Positions 51,313 through 64,000 of a DNA stretch of 64,000 nt are shown one piece after another. Source of the DNA: Phoronis australis (taxonomy: Eukaryota; Animalia; Phoronida). Both the position numbers and the translations under genes were made by a program. The notes beneath the pieces were generated by a model. It had not been told where the DNA came from and made no database searches. It saw only the letters and a program-made list of their open reading frames with translations. The stretch spans positions 66,641-130,640 of the forward strand of contig NMRA01000193.1 of the NCBI GenBank assembly GCA_002633005.1, read 5' to 3'. Each line of letters begins with the position of its first letter. The stretch's first letter is position 1.

Positions 51313-53207
51313 TGGTCTACAGTTTTTTTAATAAAAATGCTCACTACAGAAGGCTGTTTTGTAAACTTCTATATAAAAACCTTGGTCTATGCAATTTTTG
51401 TAAAAAAATCTTTGTGTTTGGAGGGATTTCTAGGGGTGCGGGGGTTACACGTCGGAATCGTGGACGCCCTGGAATATTGGGAACCCTATTTTGGACACCC
51501 TACTTCGGAAATCCTGGATAAAAGCCTGATTGAACCTGCTGCTATCTTGGGAGGAAGCTGAAGCTGAAGCCAAGTAATCATTCCTATTTGAAATTGTGAC
51601 AGTGTGCCTATGGCTTGTTTGATTACGGTATATAGCCATACATATTTAACTAACAGGGATATTGACCTCAACAATAAAGTGCAATATATTGATGAAATGA
51701 ACTACTCAAGCTTTGCCACTGTTACTTCCTCATTTTGTAACAAACTGGTTCTGCTCCACTGTCCAACAGTTTTTTCATACCATTCATAGTGAGCTGAACC
51801 TTTTATTACCATCCAGCTCTGGTAAATACTTCATTGAATGAAATGTCACCTGGTCATAGATGATATCTTCTCTCTCACACACCTCCCAATCAATGAACGC
51901 CATTCACGCTTCATTGTTCAGTGTGAGGCCGGGGGTATTGTTTGCTCTGTTGGCATCATTTATGGATAGTGCTCTTTTTGTAACAAGGCCTGCTGTTGGG
52001 GAAAGTAGATAGGCAACTGCCCTGGTGGCTTTTTGACTGAGGGGGCCAGGTATGACTGTACTCATGCGAGTCGAGGGAAGTTCAGGTATGAACTAAGATA
52101 ACTTTTTTAGAGTAAGTTTTTGTTAGTGTTCTCTCTACATGTATGCGATCATGGTGTTGTGCCATGTTTGAGAAGTTCTGACCCATGTTCTGGAAATTTT
52201 GGGCCATGTTATAAGCTCAAGTCATGTTTAGAATTTTGAGCCATGTTTGAAAATTCCAATTTATGCCTGATGTTTTAGGCAAATAATTGAAATAGTGTCG
52301 CATAGAGGTACTTGATTTTTAATTCTTTTGCTGTGAGAACTGCAAGTTTGTTATGGTAAATGAGCATTAAGTAAGACCAAAATGGAAAACATGATGTGCA
52401 ATTTACACCATTTATGGATTTTTGCTCAAGGAGAGTTCGAGGATTTACATATTATTTGCTATGGTAGAGAATTGTATCATTATAAATGCCAGTTATGGCC
52501 GAAATGAGCAATGATCATGAATAAATATCCTGCGAAAGATCTTCGATTGACCTCGAGGTATTACTGAAACGGTTCTTTGTAGATAACAGTCACAAGCAAA
52601 TATTTGATTTGGCTGAAGTTGTTTAGGAATCCACTGCAGCTTTTGTAGTTGAACACATGGTTGTTTTACCCTGGGGTCATTTGGTCATGTGTCTGTTAAT
52701 GGATTCATAAGGTTTATATGAGTAATTCCTGTTTTTTTTTGTGGCCTGACGGTCTGTCCACAAAGAGTTTTTTGTCAAGGAGTTAGTTTTTTTTGATATT
52801 CACACTCTGTATGTTGAAACATGATTATAGTCTGTATGGCTAGAGAACCTTGTTTTCCGTTTTCAAAAATATATAAATACGTTTTATATGCAAACAGAGA
52901 ATTCCATTTTGTAAATTAGAAAATTTGGTCTTACTATTTTAAAGTAATAAATAGCATAAAATGTTGTAGGAATGTTGCCTTGCTCTTAAGTCTGTCCAGC
53001 TCATTTATTCCGCTGCTGTTTTACCGATGACTTGCTTTATGTTGTGTTTTCATTTTCTCAAATCGATCAGCTCTGCGCCACCTTCAGGAAGAATGAGCGT
53101 GCCCTGTGCAAAACAATGGTCAGTCGATGTGTGGCTGGATTTGGTTTTGGGTAACGAATTTGTGATGGATTACATTTTTAAATTTTGTAAATTAAAAACG
53201 CATTTTT

Positions 53208-54136
53208 ATGCGCCCACATATTTATATGTGGACGCATTATGCCGTCATCTCTGTCCGTCCGTCCGTCCGGGCGGCGTCCGTCCGGTGTCCGGCGTCTGGC
53301 GTCCGGCGTCCGCTGCTCTATCTCCAAAACCCTTTAACATACGTTCATGAAATTTGGCACATATGTTCCATTCATGAATGGGACGGCATGTGCGAACTTT
53401 CGGACGGATCCGACTACCGGTGTGCCCCCTAGTGGCAATTTTATTTTTTTACGCTTACCTTTGTATCTTCAAAAGTTTTGAACGGATTTTCATGAAATTT
53501 GGTATGTAGGCACCTAGTAGTGAGATGACGCTATCCTGCCGTTTTCAGATGGATTCGACATAGTTTGCGCCACCTAGTGGCCATTTTTAGTGTTTTCGAG
53601 TCTGTTTTTGTGCGTCCACCCCTCTATCAACCAAACCGCTCAAAGGATGATTGTGAAAATTGGCATGTATNNNNNNNNNNNNNNNNNNNNNNNNNNNNNN
53701 NNNNNNNNNNNNNNNNNNNNNNNNNNNNNNNNNNNNNNNNNNNNNNNNNNNNNNNNNNNNNNNNNNNNNNNNNNNNNNNNNNNNNNNNNNNNNNNNNNTT
53801 ACTTCGTGACTATGAAGGAAAAGTTCCAAGTAGAAATTTGTTTCTGGCATTCTAATGCTGTGCTAATCTCGTATGTTGGTAAATTTGTTTTTAATTCTAT
53901 GTTTCTGTGGTGCTTTAAGCAACTGGTGTATAGGATGTGCTTGTATTATGATGATTACTCACATTTTGCCCCTAGCCTATTGAGGAGACAAGGACCATGC
54001 CTTTCCATTTTGCAAAGTACAACATACTACATATATGCCCTCTACTGGCCACTTTATGGTACCAATAAACAACCCTAGAAGGATACCGTATGCGGTGCAA
54101 TTGTGGGCGCATTTCAACGCTCTGCGTTGCTCTTGT
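53208..54136 (+). mobile_element. Helentron-associated interspersed element (HINE/DINE-1-like), copy 1
   Basis: 5' ATGCGCCCACA with a nearby inverted TGTGGACGCAT, (CCGT)n microsatellite, internal tandem units, 3' subterminal TGTGGGCGCAT plus hairpin CAACGC-TCT-GCGTTG, T-rich flanks. Confidence 0.8.
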
Positions 54137-54294
54137 ATTATGTTTTGTACTGCTTGATATCCTTTATAAAAAGAGTGAAGAAATAAAATTTCACTTATCT
54201 GCCGTTCTGTGTCCTAAATTCGTGAGATTTTACCGTAATCTGAGTAACGAACAAGGTGATACCGATTTTGTAACGTCAAGTAACCGTAGCTTAA

Positions 54295-54335
54295 AGACCC
54301 TTTCACACTGACTTAACGTTAGTAGGAAAGGGCCT
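54295..54335. mobile_element. 41-bp TIR-only mini-element with TAA TSD
   Basis: TAA|AGACCCTTTCACACTGACTTAACGTTAGTAGGAAAGGGCCT|TAA; ends resemble the 37804 element. Confidence 0.55.
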
Positions 54336-55587
54336 TAAGATGAACAGTTGGTTTTTGACAGAAGGTGTAGGTTTATATATTTTGCTTCTCCAATGGGGAT
54401 TTTCTGAAGTTGGTAGGATGTAGTTATTGACTGAAACTCCTCCTCCTCAGATGTCAGGTCCTTTAATTGAGGCATGTTCATATAGACTTGAAGTTAATTT
54501 GGCCTTTCTCTTAAATCTGATTACTTGGATATTTTGATTTTGAAAGAATTTTAAGGTTTATTGAAACCAATGGTCCACTAAAATAATGCGCCTCTAACAT
54601 TGTCAGAAGGGGTCTTAAAAATTTCACATCAATTAGCATCTGAGTGACCAGGAACCGTGGGACCTGAGGCCCTTGTGAGGGTATGGGAACTCCCAACAGT
54701 GTATGGTATGCTCTTTATGCCTGTTCAATACTGTAACCCAAACATGTCTTTGTGCACTACACAGGCTATAAATATAAAGGCTTACATATACAGCTCACCT
54801 GGTTTAGAAAAACAACCCAGGGCCAATGGGGGTGTACCTTTGGCATGTACAGCACTATTACATGGAATTACCAGCACCATTCTGCTGGGTTCCAAGTGTG
54901 GTGTTTTACTACCACTCAGGTATTTGCAAGTTAATTTTGACATGGCAGCATAAAGTTGTTCCTTCATCTGTTGGTAACACAAGAGTCCTTCTTGCCAATA
55001 TTTCTTGGTTGAATTTGAAGACTTTGCTTGTTGATACTTGCATATTGGGCTTTTATTGACAGGCATCTAAGACTGTAAGTCTGCCAAGTCCAAAAAATTG
55101 TTACTGAATGTTTATTGAGTCTGCCTTGTTTCATTGAATAGTTGCCTTGAATACAACTGTATGTATGAAGGTTTTCTTAAGTCCTTGTCATACTAGATAC
55201 GAGTGTTTATCAAGTGTTTGGATATTTTAAGATTTTGTGGGAGAAAATAGAAGTCTTGACTTGATGACATTCTGTGTATGTGTCCCTGTTGATAAGCTTA
55301 GCTTTCTGAACACATTATTCTGTGTATACCATGTCTCTCTTGGTAAGCTTAGTTCTTTGAACACATTCTCAATTTCACCAATTTGTATTCTTCGTTTCTT
55401 GAATTGACATTTTTTTGCAATAGGGCTGTCTCAGATTACGCAGCAACAGTCGAATCTTGCTGTATTTACCAACATTGCCACAGTTTCCGTCAAGCACAAA
55501 CGTGTTTCATGCCATTGGAGTTCCTTTTTGATGCCTTATTCTTTACAAGTTTTTCTCCATTATATATTGTAACTATTCGTCCTTCCA

Positions 55588-55770
55588 ATGATAATAAAGT
55601 ATTACTGCTGTGCTGTGTGCTGCAAATCCGACAGGTGAAAGTTAGATAAACTTGACCAATCCATGGATGGGAGATGATATGTTCTTCGCCTTCCCACCAT
55701 CAATCAAAGACAACAGAATGCGGAGCTTGTGGATAAAAGAAGTTTGTCAGGTCAACTTTGAACTGAACGG
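55588..55770 (+). pseudogene. Second decayed THAP-domain remnant
   Basis: MIIKYYCCAVCCKSDR* then, frameshifted, PWMGDDMFFAFPPSIKDNRMRSLWIKEVCQVNFE, matching the THAP FFxFP..R..WI pattern. Confidence 0.5.
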
Positions 55771-57340
55771 AACCCCCCTTGAAGATGCCTTTTTACTTTG
55801 GTGCTTTTAAAAGGTTTAAATTGGGGATATTTCGACAGCTGTTATTTTCATTTGGGTTAATAACTAAACTAAAGAAACACTATGTCGTTGCTGGAATTGC
55901 TGAACTGTTCTATTATTCCTTTTGGGCAAAATTGAAGTAGCTAAAAACTGGCCTCTCAATTCAAATGGTTGGGTATGTATAGTACTGATTGAAACGATAA
56001 TAGGCTGATCAAAAAACAAAATCGAAGCAGAACTCGATGTCACTAATTGCATGCACTGAGGGGAAATTAGAAGCACCATAACAAGAACGACAACAATAAT
56101 AATAAAACTCTGCGCTTGCACGCGCAGAGTAATAAAAATCATCAACTTAAGTCCTGCCATTTACAAAATGTCAGCTTGACACCCGAATCATTTTGCGCTG
56201 GTATCAGTTTCCCTGTGTCAAAAGTTAATGTCAAAACCAGACTTAATGTGCCTGCATGAAAGTATTATGTTGGCTTATGAACTGGAAGACTTCATGATGC
56301 AAAGGACCCCATAACTAGGATGTAACAGCTTCTTTGGCTGAATGGATTTCTTTTATTATAAGAGTGATAGTCTTCAGCTATTTGAAATCTGATACATTGA
56401 TGGATTGAAAGTAAATCCTGAACACTTAGTGCTGGGTAAATGGGGGGGGCAGGGGTGATTCTGGGAATATTTACAATATATGGGCAAGCTGATGAGAGTG
56501 GATTTTGACAACATGGTATTTGTTTGGACAGTTACTAGAACTTTTATACCAAATTGGTTGTAAAGCATAAATCTCCTCTGCTTTTGACCTTGCAGTATTC
56601 TATATGAACAAGTTATTTTAATTTAAGGTGTATTTTCAATCACGTTTATGGAAATGTCTACCTACTGCAATGTAACTCTTCATAGATGCACTTCTGTAAA
56701 TTGTGAGTTTAATATGATAACATCTCACAGAGTTCGAATAAAAATAGCTAAAATTTTCATATCTTCATTTTTCAAAGGCCTTAAACTTTGCTGTAATTTC
56801 TCATATTTTCTCAAAAACGTGTGATGGGAGCTGTGGTATAAAACTGGAAAATGATGAAGCATTTATTTGGTTTACTTATTTTTATGCAAAAATGAAGCAA
56901 AATGTCGTTTGCCATATTGTGTCCTAAGTTGGTGAGATTTTATTGTTAGCTGAATTTTGGGCCGACAATTTCCTTACTGAGTGAACTGTGGTATTAAGTA
57001 TGAGCAGATGGTTCTGACGAGAGTCCTATCTATTACAGGATGTCTGTGCAATGAAGCAACGTAGCTAATCTGAGGACCGTCGGGCTGTTATCGCAGTCGC
57101 TAATGGAGTTGGCAATCGGCAACTGACAATGAGTTTGACTCATTAGCACGCTGAATGATTACCAAGGTTGTTTTGTCATTATGTGATCTCTCCGACAACA
57201 CTGACGCATAATAGCATCGTCAAATGTGACTGACTACTTACCAACATTCCAGTTTGTTTCTTCTGTCAATTACTCTGTGTAGTAAGACGCTCCACAGTCA
57301 ACTTTGCATCCTACTCCTGGGAGAAAACAGGAAAAAAAAC

Positions 57341-57605
57341 ATGGCCGACCACAATGAGTTGGTCGGGGAACTGTTTCTTGTTGAGAAGATGAACACAGCT
57401 GATCGACTGAAACATGCTAAGAAACGTCGCGCGTCTCAGCTCAAGAAATGGTCCACCTATGATAAACAGTGTGAGAAGGAAGACAGTCGGCGGAAGAAGA
57501 CAACGTCGGCGAAACGGACGAAGAAGTCCAAATCAGGAACGCGCATCAAGTTTGAGGACAGTGTGACGTTCTTGGAGGCTGCGTCGAGGAATGATGTGGA
57601 AGAAG
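57341..57605 (+). CDS. PPP1R16A: PP1 regulatory subunit 16 (MYPT3/TIMAP/MYPT-75D-like), first coding exon
   Basis: MADHNELVGEL..EKMNTADRLKHAKKRRASQLKKW matches the family N-terminus; RVxF-type RIKF followed by SVTFLEAASRNDVEE; GAAG|GTAAG donor (phase 1). Likely 5'UTR acceptor ttacAG at 57037-57038. Confidence 0.9.
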
Positions 57606-57762
57606 GTAAGACTCATTGCTAGCACCCCCTGGTGGCAAACGGTTTGGGTTGTGTGTTGCAATTTCTCCTGAATATGGGCAAAGCTAGTCCAATACCATAG
57701 CAAAGGCTAAACAGCTCTAATTTATTCTGGCTCACGATTGTTCATAGAAATGAAGGGTGGCC

Positions 57763-57764
<2 letters not shown>

Positions 57765-57817
<53 letters not shown>
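57765..57817. repeat. (TA)n microsatellite
   Basis: About 26 perfect TA units. Confidence 0.97.
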
Positions 57818-57819
<2 letters not shown>

Positions 57820-58334
57820 CTCTTTTACTTTTAATTACTTGTTGATGTCCTGTGGGCGCTGGTGGCTGGAATGAGGCTACGACAAAGTCTTGGATCTGAT
57901 TCATGAAGGGTGACATAACACTTAAAATAAGTCACAATTTATAAGGAGTAAAGCTTTTGCCATGTAATTATTAGCAGGTCATAGCTTAGAAATGATATAT
58001 GAACATTATCTGGGCAACTAGCTATTGTATAGCTGTGTTTTTGTTGAGGTGAGATAAACTTAGTATTCTGAACTAGTTTTGTGGAGCATGTGAATTGGAC
58101 CTTTGACATCTTTGAAACCATGAAATATGTACATATGCAACACCTCTTAAAATGTAAATCTATCTAAACACGAAAAGTTCACAATCAAAGAAATTAAGTG
58201 TTCAACTGGACTGTGCTACTTACCAAAGCTCGTTAAGCCCCTTTTAAACTAGAATATTGCGTGTCTGTTTCTTACATCTTTTTATGTCAGGATTCATTTT
58301 GGTGTGGGCTTTAGGTCATTGATGTATTGAAAAT

Positions 58335-58430
58335 GTGATGCCACATGGGCGTCCCTGAGGGCCCCCATGGAAAGCAGTGGGACCTGACGGGGCTACCCTC
58401 ATTGTAAATATTACAATAATAAATAAATAA
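58335..58430 (+). mobile_element. Probable 3' end of a LINE/SINE
   Basis: GC-rich segment followed by an ACAATAATAAATAAATAA tail. Confidence 0.4.
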
Positions 58431-60474
58431 GCACTGCAAAAGTATTCTTAAACTATCCACTATTTCAGACTATGTACAAATTGATACTAGTGGTATGAAC
58501 CTTGTGCACTGGAGATTGTAAAAAATTCTCTACCTTGCCATAATCTGATCAAAATAAAACGATAAAACACCGTTTCATTACATGCAGAGATTTAGTGATT
58601 TACTGTCCAATAGATAAGGATGTAAGTTTTCGCTCTGTTGCTTTAGATCTTAAAGCAAGATTTTCTGTGCTAGCTGAAGCTCACACGGTGTTCCTTAATT
58701 GCCCTCTTTGGGAACATTACATTGTCTATTGGTCAGATGAAGTGTAGCGAGGCAAAAACAAAGTGATCGATGACTTTCTTATTTCATTAAGAACTATTAA
58801 CACGGTTTCGTCAACTGTGCAAACTTGTGTAAAGATTTGATGTGCATGACAACAAGCTGGATGATTTGACATTGTGGAGATGACCGAAAGGTTCAATTAT
58901 GACGAAACTGAGATTAAAACCTGAGAAAGGCTTCATTTCCGGATTCATTATTTCAAGTTCAAGTGTGTTGAATGGATTTTGCATACATAGGAAAATCTTT
59001 CACATTAAATCACATTCAGTTCTCTTGAAGACACAAAGTTCTAAAAAGCTAGTTTGTTTTGCAATGTTTCATTTGAAGTTATCTCATTTCACATCGAAGC
59101 ATTGGTCATTCAGTTACACAAAATATGTCTCTAAGCTTTCTGTACTAGGATAGAAAATAATTTCAACCTCCAAACTTAGAAAAAAAAACACCAAAAGAAT
59201 GCCAAAAAGACAATTTTGACAGGATCAGTTAACCATTCTTAAAGTGGCCTGCTGTATGTTTATCGCTTGTAACCCCTCTATTCCTTTCACATTAGAAACC
59301 AATTCTTGAGACAAGTAAGACAAGTGAAGGGTTGGTCTAATGCGATTTCAGCTTTTGAAATTTTCTGATGTCTGCATTGCAACTCACTACGCAATAGTAA
59401 AACTTTATAAGCATCATAATGACATGGTAAACTGATGTCAATGTAAAATAGTGAATAGCATGGTGTGCAACTGTGGGTCAACTGCCCTGTGAATGCAAAG
59501 AATTGTGGGTAAATAGCATAGAATCAGAGAGGGCACTGTTGTTATTGCTATGGTGGCAAGGGGAATTTTATAACTGTTGTGCTTAAGTTAACTGACCTAT
59601 TTTGTAATTTCAATATTTAGACCAAAAGTTGTCTTCCTCAATTCAGGCTAGGTTCATTGAGAACCCGTTGTGCTGAGATTTCTCAGCGATAGGTCTGTGT
59701 AAAAGCAGTGCCAGTGTTTTCACGTGGTAGGTCTTAGGTCATAGGTCATAGGTCATGGGTGTGTGGATACACCACTTTTAGCAGATTATTGCAAACTTTT
59801 GCTCATGACCACTTCATTGAGTAGATTTTGACAATATCTCCCTTAGTTTCAGGCAAAAACAATTCCCCAAAACTGTTCTTTTTTCAGTTTTAAGGACTTC
59901 TGACATTGATATACCCCAAAATTTTCAAAATATTGTCCAATGGTAGATACGATAAAGAACTTGAAAAGGCTTAAGTAATACTTTGGTACTTAATATCATT
60001 TGGGAAAAAATAAGTAAGATTACCAACTGTCTGTCTTGTCGTGTTCTAAGTTGATGAAATTTTAACATGGAATGAATCCAGAGCCGTTGTCCACCTTTCT
60101 GAATGTGGAGCTGGACAGTAGAGTGCATTTTGACAGAATACCCTCGGTAACCACGGTACTTATTTTGAAAGTGGTGAGACACTCTTGGCTTGTGTTTTTC
60201 TTTTTATTATGCACTGGTTATTTCATTCTAACAGTGAATTTTTATTTGCAATTGGCAAATTCTGAACAACAACTGAAACAAATTAAAAAAGTACTGTGCA
60301 ATTGTCATAAAACCATGTAATTGAAAAATAATGTCCAGAACCAATTTCTTTTGGGCAAAATACTAAAATGATTTCTTTTGTAACATTGACTTTCATGTTT
60401 TCGTGTTGATAGGGTTGAATTTTGCTTGTCCACTATTGTCTGATTGCCTCAGTAGTTCTACATTTCCGTTTCAG

Positions 60475-60545
60475 TGCGACATCTGTTGATGAAAGGCATT
60501 AGTCCTGATGTGGCCAATCAAGATGGACTTACTGCTATGCATCAG
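60475..60545 (+). CDS. PPP1R16A: PPP1R16-like second coding exon (ankyrin repeat); gene continues beyond the window
   Basis: tttcAG acceptor (phase 1) and CAG|GTGAG donor; encodes VRHLLMKGISPDVANQDGLTAMHQ. Confidence 0.9.
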
Positions 60546-61841
60546 GTGAGGTCAAAAGGTCAAGCTTGTTGGACCGTTCACAATTCTCACCCTTTTCTCG
60601 AGTATACAAGTTGTACTCTTTTTACCCTTGCCTCTCCTCCTGAAACTGCACAAAAATGGTGATCTTTTTATATGTCAGTGTTGCTGAGGAAAACCAACGA
60701 GACCAAGGTGACGTGAGGTTTTTGTGCCGTCCTCTCTGTCTCGGCATCCGGTGCGGGCACAAATACAGAGTAGATTTAGAGAACTTAGTTGAGTACCTAA
60801 ACTCCCTATTAGTCACTGTTTCATGCAACTGGGCAGAAGTCTTACAAAACTGCAGGAGTCTAGTGCAGACAGTTGCTGTATGCATGAGCTGTTCAGACCT
60901 TAAATTTGCCCTCAATTAGATTTTTAACTTGTGAAATGATTGCTAATCACCATGACTTGTCTCTGTTTTTCAGTCTAATGTTGACTTCCCGTTATTGACA
61001 TGAGAGCTATAGTTATCTTCCAATTATGTTACAGTATTGGGTATGGCATAAGACTTTTATTAGTTGTCTGTAACTGCCAACAACTGCTGAGTACTGGTCA
61101 TAGGTCAGTTAAAATCAGGGAACTGAAAGTCAGTGATAAGTGTGAACCCTGTTATGTGCCCTATGGGCGTTTAAGAATGTTTTGAAAATCCTTGTGTGAG
61201 TATTTACCCAAATTGCTGATATGTGCTTGAGCTAGGGAGTAACATTTGTCTACCATATCAGTTGCAACTACAACAAAACAAAACAAAACAAAACAAAATA
61301 TGTGGACAAAATATAGACTGTACTGGTAATTTGGAGGTAACGAGATTTGCATGCTTTTCCAAACTAAATGTTTCCATGGATGGGCATTCAGAAAGACCCC
61401 TTTCAAGATTTAAGTCTTGGGGTGTAAACTGAGGGTTGGCTTTTTACTGAACTTGGACATTTAAAGGAAAAATTTGAAAATTGTATATCTAGAAACGTCT
61501 GTTTGCCACGGAGATGATTTCTATGTAGTGACTGTGCTTAAGTAGTACTGACATGTTGTTGAGTTGACATGATACTTCACCAGATTACAGACACAGTCTA
61601 ATAGTGTATGGTTCACTGAGTTCCTATGCGGGTCACCTGTGAAATGCCCACCATGGATAGGCACAGTAAACAAAAACTGTTGTTTTTTTAAGGGTGACTG
61701 CAATCCCAAATGAGGTCAAAGTATCACCATGGCAACCACTGTACCATGCAAACTGCAAATGAAGTGAAAATGTCTGTTACCTATTTTTGGGAGAAATTTG
61801 ACAATGCAAAATTTCAATCTTCTGTCATGTGTCCAATCATT

Positions 61842-62910
61842 ATGCGCCCACATACTTATATGTGGACGCATTATGCCGTCATCTCTGTCCGTCCGGGCGG
61901 CGTCCGGCGTCCGCTGCTCTATCTCCAAAACCCTTTGACATACGTTCATGAAATTTGGCACATATGTTCCATTCATGAATGGGACGGCATGTGCGAACTT
62001 TCGGACGGATCCGACTACCGGTGTGCCCCCTAGTGGCAATTTTAGTTTTTTACGCTTACCTTTGTATCTTCAAAAGTCCTGAACGGATTTTCATGAAATT
62101 TGGTATGTAGGCACCTAGTAGTGAGATGACGCTATCCTACTGTTTTCAGATGGATTCGACGTAGTTTGCGCCACCTAGTGGCCATTTTTACTGTTTTCGA
62201 GTCTGTATTTTTGCGTCCACCCCTCTATCAACCAAACCGCTCAAAGGATGATTGTGAAAATTGGCGTGTATGTGCTTACTATAAGGAAGACAGCTGACAA
62301 TGATTTTCAGACGATTTGGACTACTGTGGCGCCTCCTAGTGGCAGTTTTGTTTTTTTGCGCCCATGGCTGTATCTCCCAAACCGTTTGCAGGATCTTTAC
62401 TAAATTTAGCAAGTGTATTTATGTGATGTTGACAACGGACGATGACGACTTTAGGATGATTCTGACTACCGGTATGCCTCTAGTGGCAATTTTAGTATTT
62501 GCCTCTAGTGGCAATTTTAGTATTTTACATTGACCTCTGTATTTTCATAGGTCTTCAGGTGTATACTTTGTGTTACTTCGTGACTATGAAGGAAAAGTTC
62601 CAAGTAGAAATTTGTTTCTGGCATTCTAATGCTGTGCTAATCTCGTATGTTGGTAAATTTGTTTTTAATTCTATGTTTCTGTGGTGCTTTAAGCAACTGG
62701 TGTATAGGATGTGCTTGTATTATGAAGATTACTCACATTTTGCCCCTAGCCTATTGAGGAGACAATGACCATGCCTTTCCATTTTGCAAAGTACAACATA
62801 CTACATATATGCCCTCTACTGGCCACTTTATGGTACCAATAAACAACCCTAGAAGGATACCGTATGCGGTGCAATTGTGGGCGCATTTCAACGCTCTGCG
62901 TTGCTCTTGT
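61842..62910 (+). mobile_element. Helentron-associated element, copy 2 (complete, nearly identical to copy 1)
   Basis: Same termini and body as 53208-54136; covers the part gapped in copy 1. Confidence 0.85.
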
Positions 62911-63099
62911 TATAAATAAGGAAACGGATTACGAAAGAATTTTCTGTGCAGGAACAAAGAAGGAAATTTATCATCAATGTTGAAGAAAGTCCTTTGCTGG
63001 TTTACTTACTTAAGATCATGCAAGACTTTATAATGGAATAACAACCGTGGTGATATTTTCTGTCCGTTGTGTAAAATTTTATGATTTTTAGGTGAGAGT

Positions 63100-64000
63100 A
63101 CTGTATTATGTTGTTATCCTTGTCCTTCCAGCGTGCATCCGACATGCGTCTAGTGTCTGCTGCTGTGTCTTCTAAACCCTTGAATGTATGCTCTTGAAAA
63201 TTTGCAGATTTGCTCTTTTCATGGATAAGATGGTGTGAGCTAATTTTTGGACGGATCCGACTATCCGTGTGCCCCTAAATGCCAATTTTACTTTTTTACA
63301 TTCGTTAATGGATTTTCTTAAGATTTGGCAAGTGGGTATCTATTAGTAAGATGAATCTGCCTTTATGTTTTTGGATGGATTCAAGGCGTTTTGCATCACC
63401 TAGTGGCCATTTTTACTGTTTTTGAGACTGTTTTTAGGCATCTGCCCCTCTATCGAGCAAACCACTCTAAAGATGATTTTGAAAATTGACATATGTGTTC
63501 CTACTGGGAAGAGGACAGCTGAAGATGATTTTCAGACAATTGCGAGTACTGTGGCACCTCCTTGTGGCATTTTTTTTGCATCCGTGGCTTTATCTCGTAA
63601 ACCCTCCTTGTTGAATGTGGCAAGTGTATTTGTAGGAGGCTGCAACAGACGATGCCGACTTTCACACAGATTCGACCACCACTGTGACCCCTTGTGGCAA
63701 TTTTTTCCTGTTTTACTCAGTATCTTTGGAGTTCCTTGACACATTTTAACAAAATTTGGCTTATAGGTTTCTATTAAACAAGGCAATGACACCTTTACAT
63801 TTTCAGATGGATATGACGTAGTGCATTCTTCCTAATGGCCATTTTTATTAATATCAAGTGTGTTTTTGGCATCCATTTCTCAATTGACCAAACCACTCTC
63901 AGAATGGTTATGAAAATTGCTAAATTGTTCTTACTACGAAGACCATGGCTGACAATGATTTTGACTACTGTGGCACCCCTTAGTGTCAGTTCTGCTTTTT
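63100..64000 (+). mobile_element. Older, diverged member of the same HINE family, running off the window
   Basis: Diverged matches such as GGACGGATCCGACTA, CACCTAGTGGCCATTTTTACTGTTTT and GATGATTTTCAGAC. Confidence 0.7.

Overview
AT-rich, intron- and repeat-rich animal genomic DNA with assembly gaps; it resembles a marine invertebrate, probably a lophotrochozoan (inference). Three protein-coding genes are supported. (1) A spliced Friend-of-GATA/U-shaped (ZFPM) gene on + (~9.0-17.3 kb) with a PR-like N-terminal domain, ten zinc fingers and a PLDLS CtBP motif, preceded by ~9 kb with conspicuous GATA-site clusters. (2) A gene on - (26030-27958) with an intronless CDS encoding a secreted, possibly GPI-anchored DUF885-family putative metallopeptidase, a mainly bacterial family. 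(3) The first coding exons of a PPP1R16/MYPT3-TIMAP-like PP1 regulatory subunit on + (57341 onward), probably transcribed from a promoter near 32.85 kb across a ~24 kb first intron. The remainder holds many transposon relics: Kolobok-like TTAA elements (one with a THAP domain), a decayed Academ-like transposase, CA..TG MITEs with 5-bp TSDs, Harbinger-like MITEs, Helentron-type elements and tRNA-derived SINE heads. There are also mini/microsatellites and two single-N-joined duplications that are probably haplotype artefacts. All calls come from reading the sequence by eye; no searches were run.
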